Origin: an uncultured Candidatus Binatia bacterium
GTDB lineage: Bacteria; Desulfobacterota; Binatia; UBA9968; CAXXLF01
Direction: 5' to 3'
Length of the DNA: 64,000 nucleotides
NCBI GenBank assembly: GCA_965218425.1
Contig: OZ244621.1
Location: forward strand, 864,001-928,000
This document shows, in pieces, positions 1-9,818 of the stretch (within the stretch, counting starts at the first letter, position 1; the number at the start of each line of letters is the position of its first letter). A model generated the notes under the pieces. That model had not been told where the DNA came from. It did not search any database and saw only the letters and a program-made list of their open reading frames with translations. Both the position numbers and the translations under genes were made by a program.

Positions 1-708
1 AAAAACTGAACACCGAATTTTACTGTAGTCTGGTCGCGTTGAAGGACGAAAACCTCGGACCTCCCCTTTCGGGGCCAACCGTGCCACCGCACAGGCCTCC
101 CAAACACCCGGCTCCCGACTGGCCTGCCATCGTTGTTCCACAAGATCATCGGCCCACCAGCGCTCGTCATAAAAGAGAACCTTCAGGATCTCCCGCATCT
201 CCTCCCGTTTCCCGTCATAACCGGTAAGTACCTTACGGGCATCGTTGTCCGGTGCCTTACCTCCCCCGCTCACCACAATCACCGAGCGAACATGGAATCC
301 CAACTCCTCCTTTGCGGTCATTTGGAGCACTAGACCTCCACCAAAGGAATTTCCAACCAGGTGTACTGGTCCAATTCCCAGGGTCTCCAAAAATCGACGC
401 AAATGGCCCGCCCGAAAACCCACCGTGTCCGTGAAACTATGGACCAGGTCAGTGCGTCCAAAACCCACCATATCCGGGGCCACCACACGAAAGTGCCTGC
501 CCAATTCCGCGATGTTATAGCGCCAACTAAATTTCGCCCGAGCGCCAAACTCTCCACTGTGAACCAGAAGTATCGTGGCCAGGTCACTGTTGGCGCTTGA
601 CGGCTTGGCCTCCAAATAGTGAGTGTAGATTTCTCCCACCTGGATATAGCCGTTGGTAACGCCTTCGGGCAAGTTTTCTGCTGGTTGTCGCTCAATATTT
701 GCCGGCAT
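1..708 (-). CDS. Alpha/beta-fold hydrolase, 3' end runs off the window (absent from the ORF track)
   Basis: Manual translation from ATG at 708: MPANIERQ...LLVHSGEFG...FRVVAPDMVGFGRTD...VHLVGNSFGGGLVL. Has a GxSxG nucleophile elbow; frame stays open to position 1. Confidence 0.85.
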   Translation of the reverse strand, partial: MPANIERQPAENLPEGVTNGYIQVGEIYTHYLEAKPSSANSDLATILLVHSGEFGARAKFSWRYNIAELGRHFRVVAPDMVGFGRTDLVHSFTDTVGFRAGHLRRFLETLGIGPVHLVGNSFGGGLVLQMTAKEELGFHVRSVIVVSGGGKAPDNDARKVLTGYDGKREEMREILKVLFYDERWWADDLVEQRWQASREPGVWEACAVARLAPKGEVRGFRPSTRPDYSKIRCSVF

Positions 709-829
709 TTCCAGGTTGGAAAGTAGCTTGAAAGATTCCAAGAGTCAAATCGTTTGCCGAGCAGACAAAACTATTCACTTTCAAACGGATTTCATGCTAG
801 TCTCTGATGCTAGAAGGAGGACACGGATC

Positions 830-1633
830 ATGAGTTGGGGAATGCAAAACAGACTTGCGCGAATCATTAAACCTGACCGTCGCCGGGCCGTGATGCTGGC
901 AGTTGACCACGGTTACTTCCTTGGACCCACGGGAGGATTGGAAGAGCCTCGCAAGACCATCGAACCCCTTCTCCCCTACGCGGATTCCATTATGCTCACC
1001 CGTGGGGTGCTACGGACTTCGGTGGATGCCAAATCAACGGCGCCTGTAGTCCTGAGAGTCTCGGGCGGCACCAGTATTTTAAAGGAACTCTCCAATGAGG
1101 ACATTACAGTGTCCATCGACGATGCCATTCGCCTCAACGTCTCTGCCATGGCCCTATCGATCTTTGTGGGTTCGGAATTCGAAAAACAAACCCTCCTCAG
1201 TCTTACGAAATTGGTTGATGAGGGAGAAAAGTATGGGATTCCTATCCTGGCGGTGACAGCGGTGGGTAAAGACATGGCTCGGGATGCCCGTTATTTGAGC
1301 TTGGCGTGCAGAATTGCGGCGGAGCTAGGAGCCCATATCGTCAAGACTTATTATTGTGACGAATTTGAGAAGATCGTGGGAAGCTGTCCCATCCCTGTGA
1401 TCATTGCCGGAGGGAAAAAAATCCCAGAAAGAGAAGCCCTCGAGCTCACCCACAATGCCGTTCAAGGGGGCGCCGTGGGAGTCGACATGGGTCGAAACAT
1501 CTTTCAATCGGACAATCCCGTGGGAATGATTCAAGCGGTACGGGCTATCGTGCATGAGAATGCCTCTGTTCAGGAGGCTTACAAAATTTACGAGGGCTCC
1601 AAGGGTCCCAAGGCCCGGAGGGCTGCAGGCTAA
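830..1633 (+). CDS. lsrF: LsrF-type class I aldolase/thiolase (DhnA/LsrF family)
   Basis: MSWGMQNRL, LAVDHGYFLGPT, AAELGAHIVKTYY (Schiff-base Lys), GVDMGRNIFQ; RBS AGGAGG before ATG 830. Confidence 0.85.
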   Translation: MSWGMQNRLARIIKPDRRRAVMLAVDHGYFLGPTGGLEEPRKTIEPLLPYADSIMLTRGVLRTSVDAKSTAPVVLRVSGGTSILKELSNEDITVSIDDAIRLNVSAMALSIFVGSEFEKQTLLSLTKLVDEGEKYGIPILAVTAVGKDMARDARYLSLACRIAAELGAHIVKTYYCDEFEKIVGSCPIPVIIAGGKKIPEREALELTHNAVQGGAVGVDMGRNIFQSDNPVGMIQAVRAIVHENASVQEAYKIYEGSKGPKARRAAG

Positions 1634-1637
1634 ATCA

Positions 1638-1733
1638 TCGTGATCCGTAACCGTGATCGCGAGAACATCTGCGAGCACGAGCAATTGGAACTAAAAGCGA
1701 ACCGCGGGCACGACCAACGAACACCGATCACGA
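1638..1733. repeat. REP-like intergenic element with terminal 8-bp inverted repeat
   Basis: TCGTGATC (1638-1645) and GATCACGA (1726-1733), with internal CGTGATC and CACGA repeats. Confidence 0.45.
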
Positions 1734-1737
1734 CCTT

Positions 1738-2766
1738 ATGCGCGTTGCAATGTATTACAACAACCGGGACGTACGGCTGGAGGGGCTGCCCGTGCCCTCC
1801 ATCGGTCCCGGTGAGTTGCTGATACGCATCAAGGCCAGCGGCATCTGCGGCACCGACGTCATGGAGTGGTACCGCAGACGAAAGGCACCGTTAGTCCTGG
1901 GGCATGAAGTCGCCGGCGAGGTGGTCAGCACCGGCGAGGGAGTCAAGCAGTATCAACCAGGAAATCGGGTTTTTGTCTCCCACCACGTCCCGTGCAACAG
2001 CTGCCATTATTGCCTAAGCGGCCACCATTCAGTTTGTGACACCCTGCGCACGACCCATTTCGACCCGGGCGGCTTTGCCGAGTACATCCGCGTCCCCAAA
2101 ATCAACGTCGAAACGGGCACGTTCCTTTTACCCGAAGAACTGTCCTTCGAAGAGGGTTCGTTCATCGAACCTCTGGCCTGCGTCGTCAGGGCACAGAGGT
2201 TTGCCAAGCTCCGCGCCAAGCAGAGCGTTCTGGTGATTGGAAGCGGAATATCCGGTTTGCTTCACGTTCAACTGGCCAAGGCCCGTGGCGCCGGGCCCGT
2301 CATGGCAACCGACATCAACGAGTTCCGCTTAAAAGCCGCCAAGGATCTGGGTGCCGACGTTACCATGGCTGCCACTGATGACGTGCTGGCAAGAGTGCGT
2401 AAAGTCAATGAGGGGCGTCTGGCGGATCTGGTCATCGTGTGTACTGGCGCTCCGCCAGCAATCAAGCAAGCCTTGCAATCCGTTGAACGAGGGGGAACGC
2501 TCCTCTTTTTTGCCCCTGCACCGGAGGGGGTCGAAGTACCCATCCCGATCTACGAATACTGGCGCAACGAAATAACCATCATCACCTCCTATGCGGGCAG
2601 CCCGCAGGATCTCACCGAGTCCATCGAGCTGCTCAGGAACCGTCAGGTTCGAGTTCGTGAGATGATTTCGCACCGCCTAACCCTCGAGGAAGCAGGAGTT
2701 GGTTTTCAACTGGTGGCCCAGGCCGAAGACTCCATTAAGGTCATCATCGAACCCCACCGCCGATAA
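1738..2766 (+). CDS. Zn-dependent medium-chain dehydrogenase (sorbitol/L-iditol dehydrogenase-like)
   Basis: GICGTD, GHE, structural Zn motif CNSCHYC...C, GSGISG Rossmann motif. Confidence 0.9.
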   Translation: MRVAMYYNNRDVRLEGLPVPSIGPGELLIRIKASGICGTDVMEWYRRRKAPLVLGHEVAGEVVSTGEGVKQYQPGNRVFVSHHVPCNSCHYCLSGHHSVCDTLRTTHFDPGGFAEYIRVPKINVETGTFLLPEELSFEEGSFIEPLACVVRAQRFAKLRAKQSVLVIGSGISGLLHVQLAKARGAGPVMATDINEFRLKAAKDLGADVTMAATDDVLARVRKVNEGRLADLVIVCTGAPPAIKQALQSVERGGTLLFFAPAPEGVEVPIPIYEYWRNEITIITSYAGSPQDLTESIELLRNRQVRVREMISHRLTLEEAGVGFQLVAQAEDSIKVIIEPHRR

Positions 2767-2964
2767 GGCAGCACACTCCAAGAGAAGCAACGAGCAGCAA
2801 TCAGGACGCTACGCGCTTAGCGCATTCCGCTCCGCTTCCCGCAACCTTGATCGTCTATCCTCGATTATTAGTCTTCCTTACTCAGCACTCGCTACTCATT
2901 GCTCAATTACGCACCAGACCCACTGCGCTCCATATCGGAATGCGACGCGAGGGAGCGAGACGCA

Positions 2965-3022
2965 AGGCCGTGGGCATCGAACGTAGAGCTTCTGATATTC
3001 ACCGGCCTGTCGCCCACGGCCT
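2965..3022. repeat. Perfect 11-bp inverted repeat between convergent genes
   Basis: AGGCCGTGGGC (2965-2975) / GCCCACGGCCT (3012-3022). Confidence 0.6.
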
Positions 3023-3136
3023 GAGAACTCGCCGCCCGAGGAGAGCAGAGGCCTGCGGTATCCGCCTCTAACTAGAAGCCCTTGGACCTTCGAACGAAAA
3101 TATTAAAAACTGACGACAAGGGCGGCCGGTAGCGAA

Positions 3137-4420
3137 CTAAGCCACAGGGACCCTTCCCTCAATGGTCGAAAAGGTTTCTTCCTTCAATTCGATTTGCCAT
3201 ACTGCGCGGACAACCGAGGATATCCCCAGCACGATGATTCCAATCATCCCCACCAGAAAAAGAAGGGTCGGTGTCACACCCAGTTGCGTTGCCACCGTAC
3301 CGATGATGACTCCACTGATGACGCGTGTACCACCCGTGGCAAAATTGTAGACCCCCATGACCCGCCCGCGGACATCCTGAGGTGCCCAGGCCTGGACGAT
3401 ACTCTGTGACATGGAGCTAAAGACGATTTGTATGGCACCGACCATGCACAGGATAACGAGGGAAACCGGATACACCCTCGACAGCGCAAAAATGGTTAGC
3501 AGCACCAGCCATCCCAGGGCGCCGGTGGTGACCACCACAGGCCGAAGCTTAGTGGTCCCAATCCAACCGAGCAAAATAGTACCCACAATGGCTCCCACTC
3601 CATTGGCGGCCAAAAGAATTGTGTAACCTGTAGAGGAAACTCCCAACCGCTCGGCAAAAGGCGGCATAAAAGCCTGGAATGCATTGCCAACCAGAAACGA
3701 AGTGGCCGCCACCATCACCAGCACAGCTATAATGGTCGGACTTTGTCTTACGGCTCCGAGCCCCCTGCGGACGTACTCCCAACCCTTTTCTTCGGACTGT
3801 TTCTCCCTCGCACCTCGATAAGGAAGGCAAAGAATCAAAATGGAAAGTGGAAGATAGATTGAAACATTCGCCACGAATCCCCATCCCGGACCCACCAAGG
3901 CCATGAGAACCCCTCCCACCAGTGGTCCAAGCATGTTGGCTAGCGGCCTCAGGGAAGCATTTAAGCTGATGGCGCTTACTAGTTTTTCTTTTCCGACCAT
4001 TTCGTGAATGATCAACATGGAGCTGGGAGCCGCAATAAGACCGGCCACACCGTGGAAGACCAGCAGTATAGCCACCTGCCAGACTCTGAGTTGGCCAGTG
4101 AGATAGAGCAGCCCCCACCCCAATGAGGCCGTGATATAGAGCCCCTGGGAAATCTGGATCAACCAGCGGCAATCGACTCGGTCCGCAAGGGACCCCGAAT
4201 GGAGTGAGAAAAGGGTGAAGGGAAGCCAATGAGCAATAACAGCGTAGCCCAACCAAAAGGGAGAGTGGGTGAGCTCCCAGATGACCCAGTAGCCAATGAC
4301 ATGCTCGATGTTATCGGCCATCATGGAGAGCCCTGCGGTGATGGCGTATAGCCGAAAATGGGGAATGCTAAGGGCTGGGAATCGTTGTGGTTTACCTCTG
4401 GATGGCTCAGGGGCTTCCAT
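3137..4420 (-). CDS. MFS transporter (MFS_3/EntS-like)
   Basis: About 12 hydrophobic segments; GSLADRVD and RGRVMG MFS motifs; start chosen at ATG 4420. Confidence 0.85.
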   Translation of the reverse strand: MEAPEPSRGKPQRFPALSIPHFRLYAITAGLSMMADNIEHVIGYWVIWELTHSPFWLGYAVIAHWLPFTLFSLHSGSLADRVDCRWLIQISQGLYITASLGWGLLYLTGQLRVWQVAILLVFHGVAGLIAAPSSMLIIHEMVGKEKLVSAISLNASLRPLANMLGPLVGGVLMALVGPGWGFVANVSIYLPLSILILCLPYRGAREKQSEEKGWEYVRRGLGAVRQSPTIIAVLVMVAATSFLVGNAFQAFMPPFAERLGVSSTGYTILLAANGVGAIVGTILLGWIGTTKLRPVVVTTGALGWLVLLTIFALSRVYPVSLVILCMVGAIQIVFSSMSQSIVQAWAPQDVRGRVMGVYNFATGGTRVISGVIIGTVATQLGVTPTLLFLVGMIGIIVLGISSVVRAVWQIELKEETFSTIEGRVPVA

Positions 4421-4525
4421 AATCCCTATTACCTCATACCATGATGACACGCCAGGTCACCTTGCCTAGCGCAACCGTTCCACTTTGGCTAACAAAAACA
4501 GGTGCAATATTGGAGCTGGACGGAA

Positions 4526-4729
4526 CTATTGAGGAGTGAGTTCTTTATTAATCGCTCGTACTTTGCCGGCGGCGATTTCCCGTAATGCCAATACGATATC
4601 GCGATTGTCAGAATCGATGAGTGGTTTTGCGCCCTTGAGAAGCTGTTTTGACCTCTGGACGGCCAACAAAACCAACGAAAAGCGATTTGGGACTTGGATG
4701 AGGCAGTCTTCTAACGTAATTCGTGCCAA
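4526..4729 (-). CDS. rpoZ: RNA polymerase omega subunit
   Basis: [28 protein letters not shown]...[20 protein letters not shown] start. Confidence 0.95.
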   Translation of the reverse strand: MARITLEDCLIQVPNRFSLVLLAVQRSKQLLKGAKPLIDSDNRDIVLALREIAAGKVRAINKELTPQ

Positions 4730-4795
4730 TGGATTCTCCTCGTTCTGATTGCTTTCAGTATTAAAACAGATTTTTACCCGTCAATCAAACTTCCG

Positions 4796-5773
4796 CTAAT
4801 CCACCCTTTCCTCGATCTCAAATCCAAGATCCTCAATCATTCGGTGGGCATCCGTAGCCTTTTGACCGGGCGTGGTCAAGTAACCGTTGACAAAAATCGA
4901 ATTGGCCGGGTAAAGGCTCAACGGTTGAAGCGAACGTAAGTTGATTTCTCTTCCGCCGGCCACTCGGATTTCTTTGTCCGGATTAACGAAGCGGAATAAA
5001 CAAAGAGTCTTCAGGCACCGCTGGGGTGTCAGGTGACTGGCTCCATTTAGCGGGGTACCCGGGATCGGATGGAGAAAATTAACCGGGATTGAATCCACTT
5101 CCAGCTCCCTCAGCGCAAGGGCCAGATCCATAATATCGCCCTCGGTCTCTCCCAGACCGATGATTCCACCGCAACAAGGAGAAAGGCCGACGGTTTTCAG
5201 GTGCTCTACGGTTGCCACTCGATCCTCATAGGTGTGGGTGGTGCAGATATTGGGATGGTGGCGCTGGCTCGTGTTAAGGTTGTGGTTCACACGGTCCACC
5301 CCAGCCTCTTTCAAAATCTTCGCCTTCGCCTCGGTAAGCAAGCCAAGGGAACAACAGATGTTGATGGGAACCTTACTCTTGATCTCCCGCACCACATCGG
5401 CCATTTCCTGAATCTCTTTGTCCGTAGGACCTCTCCCGCTGTTGACCATGCAAAACCTCACGGCCCCCGCGGCCTTGGCCCTGACGGCTCCTTCCAGAAG
5501 CTTTTCGCGTGATGCGAGAGGATACTTGTCGATGGGTGCAGTTGAAACTGACGACTGAGAACAGTAATGGCAATCCTCTGGGCAGAGCCCGCTCTTGGCG
5601 TTCATGAGCATATGGATCTGAACGCGTTTACCAAAAAAGTGGTGGCGGACACGGAAGGCAGCGTCGAGTAGTTCGGGAACCTTTTCATCAGGCGTCTGCA
5701 AGACCGCCTTCATCTCCCCCCGCGTAAGAATCTCCCCCTGGAGGGATTTTTCAGCTAATTGATTGTAGTCCAC
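4796..5773 (-). CDS. bioB: Biotin synthase (radical SAM)
   Basis: NAKSGLCPEDCHYCSQS, NHNLNTS, CCGGIIGLGE, IPVNFL, AGGRE, GYLTT; GTG start at 5773. Confidence 0.95.
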   Translation of the reverse strand: MDYNQLAEKSLQGEILTRGEMKAVLQTPDEKVPELLDAAFRVRHHFFGKRVQIHMLMNAKSGLCPEDCHYCSQSSVSTAPIDKYPLASREKLLEGAVRAKAAGAVRFCMVNSGRGPTDKEIQEMADVVREIKSKVPINICCSLGLLTEAKAKILKEAGVDRVNHNLNTSQRHHPNICTTHTYEDRVATVEHLKTVGLSPCCGGIIGLGETEGDIMDLALALRELEVDSIPVNFLHPIPGTPLNGASHLTPQRCLKTLCLFRFVNPDKEIRVAGGREINLRSLQPLSLYPANSIFVNGYLTTPGQKATDAHRMIEDLGFEIEERVD

Positions 5774-5884
5774 GAACTCTTCCAGAGTATTTTTGTAACA
5801 TGGACACCTAAAGCTTGCAACAAGCGGGCAGCAGGGGTTGCACTCTGGGAGCAAACTAACGTTGGCTGAACAGGCTCGCAAAAA

Positions 5885-6377
5885 TCAGCGTCTGTAGTGG
5901 AAATGGCCAAAGGCGAACACAAAACCCGCCAATACAAAGTGAAACCAGATGGGGATGGTTCCCCCGAACCACCTCCGCTCTGGGTGAATGGCTATGGTGA
6001 TCCCGTACCGCAGGACCATAGAGGTAAAGTACGGATAGCTGATCCAAATGAGACAACGGCCCATGGTCTTTCGCTGAACAACAAAGAACCCTCGCCCCCG
6101 TGAAAAATCAATGCAAATCCTTGTCAAGATAAATAGGATCAAACCCTGCACAGGAAAGAAGACGACAGGATAAGGGATCAGCCCCGAATACCATTCCTCC
6201 CTGGGTGGAAGATAAAGGGAGGCCAAGAATTGCAACTAGCAGCTGACCTAGAACCCGGAGAAAGAACAACACCAAAGAAACCATAGTATGGGAGCGTATT
6301 TTTGTGATGGGCCAGCAAAATCCCCTTGCATCCTTGCTCCCATTGGATTCATAAGATTTTCCGAAATCCGACATCAC
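5885..6377 (-). pseudogene. Frameshifted small integral membrane protein
   Basis: Hydrophobic sequence split across frames: LFFLRVLGQLLVA / LPPREEWYSGLIPYP...RWFGGTIPIWFHFVLA. Confidence 0.55.
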
Positions 6378-7087
6378 AATGAATCGCTAAACATTTCCTT
6401 ATAATGGCGATACCAGTTGCTTTGAAACTGTTCCTCGGGGTCGCACTTTTTCTTTAGCCGCAGGAATTCGGGAAACTGCGGGTAGCACATTTCCACCTGC
6501 TCGCGTCTTGCCCACCGGTGATAAGTGAGAAAGCAGCTTCCCCCGTACTGGATTCCCCGGTCAATGAGGCGACGAAAATCCTTTAGTGTAAACCTCTGCC
6601 ATGACCATTGGCAGCAAGGGCTGCCCCTATGCTCAAACGATCGGCACCCGCTTGCTTCTGGATGATCCCCCACTGCGGTTCTCGCCCTTTCTGAATATTT
6701 AAAAGAGTGTTGACCAATTCCAGCCATTCCATACCAGCTTCCACTTCCACCTCACCCCTGTGGGGATCAAAGTTTAACACCCGGTTACCCCTCTCATATC
6801 CAACAGCACCGTGTCCGTCCCAAACTGCTGGCCACCCATGGCGTGCCTGCCCCCTGCGATGCTAATTCCTCGCCCCTCGTTGCGAGCAGTCTGGATTGCA
6901 GCCTGAATCGACTCGATGGAATCGGGTGTTAGAATACCAAGGACCCGTGTTTGATTTAACTTGGAATGCGGATCATTGACGGTGATGGCGGTTACTCGGG
7001 CCGGTTTCATGCCGTAACCAAAGGCCAAAGAGTCGCTGCCGTGCCGAGGGTTGGGAACAACTGCAAAAACTTTCTACGGGTTATCAT
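6374..7087 (-). pseudogene. Tat-exported FAD-binding oxidoreductase (FAD_binding_4/ALO-type), frameshifted and internally deleted
   Basis: ATG 7087 MITRRKFLQ (twin-Arg); AGGRHAMGGQQFG; VEVEAGMEW..AANGHGRGL joined directly to C-terminal YPQFPEFLRLKKKCDPEEQFQSNWY; pieces lie in different frames. Confidence 0.75.
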
Positions 7088-7098
7088 AACGCCTCCGT

Positions 7099-7740
7099 TT
7101 AGATGCTCCTCGCTGTTACCCACCATCTGGCGGTCCAGAAAATCATGAACAGGGCAACTGCTTGGATGAGATGATAGAGCGCATTGTGGTTAAAGTACGT
7201 GGGATGGAGCGCGATGCCCCCCTGTTGTACCCCGGCAGCAACAAAGGTTAATAAGAATCCCACCAGACCAATCAGCACCTTGCGCTCACGGGCCTGAATG
7301 TAATTAAGGCTAAAGACAACGGTCAAAAAGACGACGGCCGGAAGGTAGTTCATTACCACGATGGAAAAGGAGTGTGTGATAGACAACACAACCAGACAGT
7401 ATGCGGCAAATTCTATTACTGCTAGAACACTAACCCAGCCGGCGACTCTGGGTGAGAGGCAAATCCTGGCACCAATAATCCAAGCGGCCAGTGCGGTAAC
7501 ACCGATGGCAACCAGAGTTAATGGCCACAGGATCCGATACCCGAGGGCATCCATGTCCGGGGAGAAACCATGAACAGTTCCCCCCGTGATTGCCGCCACG
7601 CTGATGGATCCAAAAAACACAGCAAACCAAATCCAGAGCGGATTCCTTTGGTCCCCGTCACGGAAAAGGAGATAGGCAAATAGAGCACTCTCTAAAGCCA
7701 CAAAATAGTCGGTCAGGGTTACATCAGGCTCTGTGATCAT
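7099..7740 (-). CDS. Multi-pass membrane protein (DUF6962-like)
   Basis: EPDVTLTDY, GGTVHG and FNHNALYHLIQ motifs; about 7 TM segments. Confidence 0.7.
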   Translation of the reverse strand: MITEPDVTLTDYFVALESALFAYLLFRDGDQRNPLWIWFAVFFGSISVAAITGGTVHGFSPDMDALGYRILWPLTLVAIGVTALAAWIIGARICLSPRVAGWVSVLAVIEFAAYCLVVLSITHSFSIVVMNYLPAVVFLTVVFSLNYIQARERKVLIGLVGFLLTFVAAGVQQGGIALHPTYFNHNALYHLIQAVALFMIFWTARWWVTARSI

Positions 7741-7868
7741 AGTTATAAAAGGCGCGATTTTGTATCGGCTGGGCTGCGATTGGAACAGTGCTAGACCGGA
7801 TTGTTCATCGCTCTCGAGAACGAGCCCTTAACCCACCGCTCGTTCAAGGGCCATCATTTTTACTTGTT

Positions 7869-8096
7869 TTAGATCGACCTTTCCTGATCCCAGCAAAGGA
7901 AAAAGGGCAGCATGAACGCCGCGGCAACCAGTGGCAGATACCCGCCGCCAGAACCGGAACTGACGGCCAGGTTAGCAGCCAGCGGTGAGACCACCATCTT
8001 GTGGACGTTATCGTTTAATGCACCCAGAAATTGGGTCCAGAGAAAGGGCTGGAGACCAGGCTGCTTGAGTGTATCTGCGTATTTCCCGCTGGGCAT
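7869..8096 (-). pseudogene. N-terminal fragment of an LplT/Aas-type MFS (lysophospholipid transporter/acyltransferase)
   Basis: FLWTQFLGALNDNVHK...FMLPFFL matches the Aas/LplT N-terminus; stops after 75 aa. Confidence 0.65.
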
Positions 8097-8517
8097 TGGC
8101 TATCCCTTATCATCTCATTTTTTCACGGCCAATTCCGAGTATAACCGGCAACTTGAATTAAGACCACCGTGAAACTATCCTTTTTACTTCTTCACTTGAA
8201 TTTTTCCCTTTCCTGAATTTTCATACAACTTTCAATTTTTTTCTAATGGCTTCTTTTAATCCAATTGAAAGGGCCCCTCCGGGCCATGAAGTCACTTCAA
8301 GTTGACATCACACCACGCTATCAGATAACCTCTGGCCACAATGGTTGGCAGGGCCAGCACATTTCCTGGTGCCACAACCGCTGCAGGAGCCCCGCGAGGC
8401 CATTTTAGACAACTGTTTCTAGAATGTTGAGATGATGTTGTTTACTAAGCCACCAGTGTTAACTGCTATCCCTTGAATCGAGTCCGCGACATATCTCATA
8501 AAAGGAGAGGAGCCACC

Positions 8518-9717
8518 ATGGCCACAGCCAGCACTCAGCTCGACCCCGAAAAACAACCATCTCTTGTACGAATCGACGCCTACGCAGACTGGCGGCAACG
8601 AGAAGGCGCACCGCTCACAGGGGGCGTCTATATTGAGGATATGAATGCAGTGGAGGTGGGCCCATGGCCGCGTAAAGGAAATGGGGTCAAGGGAGCCCTA
8701 TGCTACCTGGATGGAGACGACGAGGCCGACGAGCACATCGTCGAGCTTCCTGCTGGGGGTAACACCGCCCCCTTGAGGCACCTCTACACGGAAGCCACTT
8801 ACGTCCTTTCGGGCCGCGGCTCCACCACGGTATGGCGCGACAACGGAGCGAAGCAGACCTTTGAATGGGGACCTGGAAGTTACTTCGTGCTACCCACCAA
8901 CGCGTCCCATCAGTTTTTCAACGCCAGCCTTTCACAGCCGGCGAGGTGGTTTTCCGTGACAGACCTTCCGGATCTATTGCGCCGCTGGGCCAGTGAGGAC
9001 TTTATCTTCAACAACTCCTACGACTTTCAGGACCGTTACACCGGTGAACCCGACTATTTCAGCGTGGACGCAAAACTGTACCGGGGCCGAGTCTGGGAGA
9101 CTAATTTCATTGCAGACATCAAGAAACTGCCCCTCTACGAATGGAAGAGCCGCGGGGGTGGCGGAACCAACGCATTTATGGTGATGGGCTCCGGCATGAT
9201 GGAGTCCCACGTCTCCCGCTTCGAATCCGGCCACTACAAGAAGGGCCATCGGCATGGCCCCGGGGCACACCTTTTCATCACTGAGGGTGAAGGCTATGTA
9301 CTCACCCAGCGTGAGGATGAGCCCCGCATCCGCTGCGACTGGAAAGTGGGAAGTCTCTACCTTTCAGGTGCCGGGGAAGGCATCTGGCTACACCAGCATT
9401 TTAACGTGGGCTCCACCCCCGCCACTTATTTGGTAATGAACCAGGGTCTGTCACGCAAGTATGCCGCAAATCGTTGGCAGGCGGGAGAATCAACCGTGCT
9501 GCGCGGTGGCGAGGTCAGCAGTAAAAAAGGGGGACGCCAAGTGGAGTACGAAGACGAGGATCTTGAGATCCATCGCATTTTCGAGGAGGAGCTGCGCAAG
9601 CGTGGGGTTACCTGCAGGATGAAGAACATGGTCCCATGGTGCACCGGTGAGCCGGGAGCGGAGACGGCCAAAGCATATTTTCTCGATGAGCATGGGGCGA
9701 ATCCAGCGAACCCATAG
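8518..9717 (+). CDS. Bicupin metalloprotein
   Basis: Two cupin motif sets: RHLYTEATYVLSGRG...HQFFN and GHRHGPGAH...GEG...HQHFN; RBS AAGGAG, ATG 8518. Confidence 0.8.
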   Translation: MATASTQLDPEKQPSLVRIDAYADWRQREGAPLTGGVYIEDMNAVEVGPWPRKGNGVKGALCYLDGDDEADEHIVELPAGGNTAPLRHLYTEATYVLSGRGSTTVWRDNGAKQTFEWGPGSYFVLPTNASHQFFNASLSQPARWFSVTDLPDLLRRWASEDFIFNNSYDFQDRYTGEPDYFSVDAKLYRGRVWETNFIADIKKLPLYEWKSRGGGGTNAFMVMGSGMMESHVSRFESGHYKKGHRHGPGAHLFITEGEGYVLTQREDEPRIRCDWKVGSLYLSGAGEGIWLHQHFNVGSTPATYLVMNQGLSRKYAANRWQAGESTVLRGGEVSSKKGGRQVEYEDEDLEIHRIFEEELRKRGVTCRMKNMVPWCTGEPGAETAKAYFLDEHGANPANP

Positions 9718-9818
9718 GCTGGCCTGGATACTCTCCAGTCCCTCGATATCTGAGATAACCGGTTCAATCGATCCCCGAGTGGGGCCAGAGACAAATCGAG
9801 ATCAATTAGAACAACGTG

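Noticed and set aside
330..695. 121-aa minus-strand ORF in the track
   Set aside because: Alternative frame of the alpha/beta hydrolase at 1-708
8303..8410. TTGACA-18-TAACCT and a GC-rich hairpin upstream of the cupin gene as a riboswitch
   Set aside because: No recognisable aptamer motif or terminator; pairing is weak
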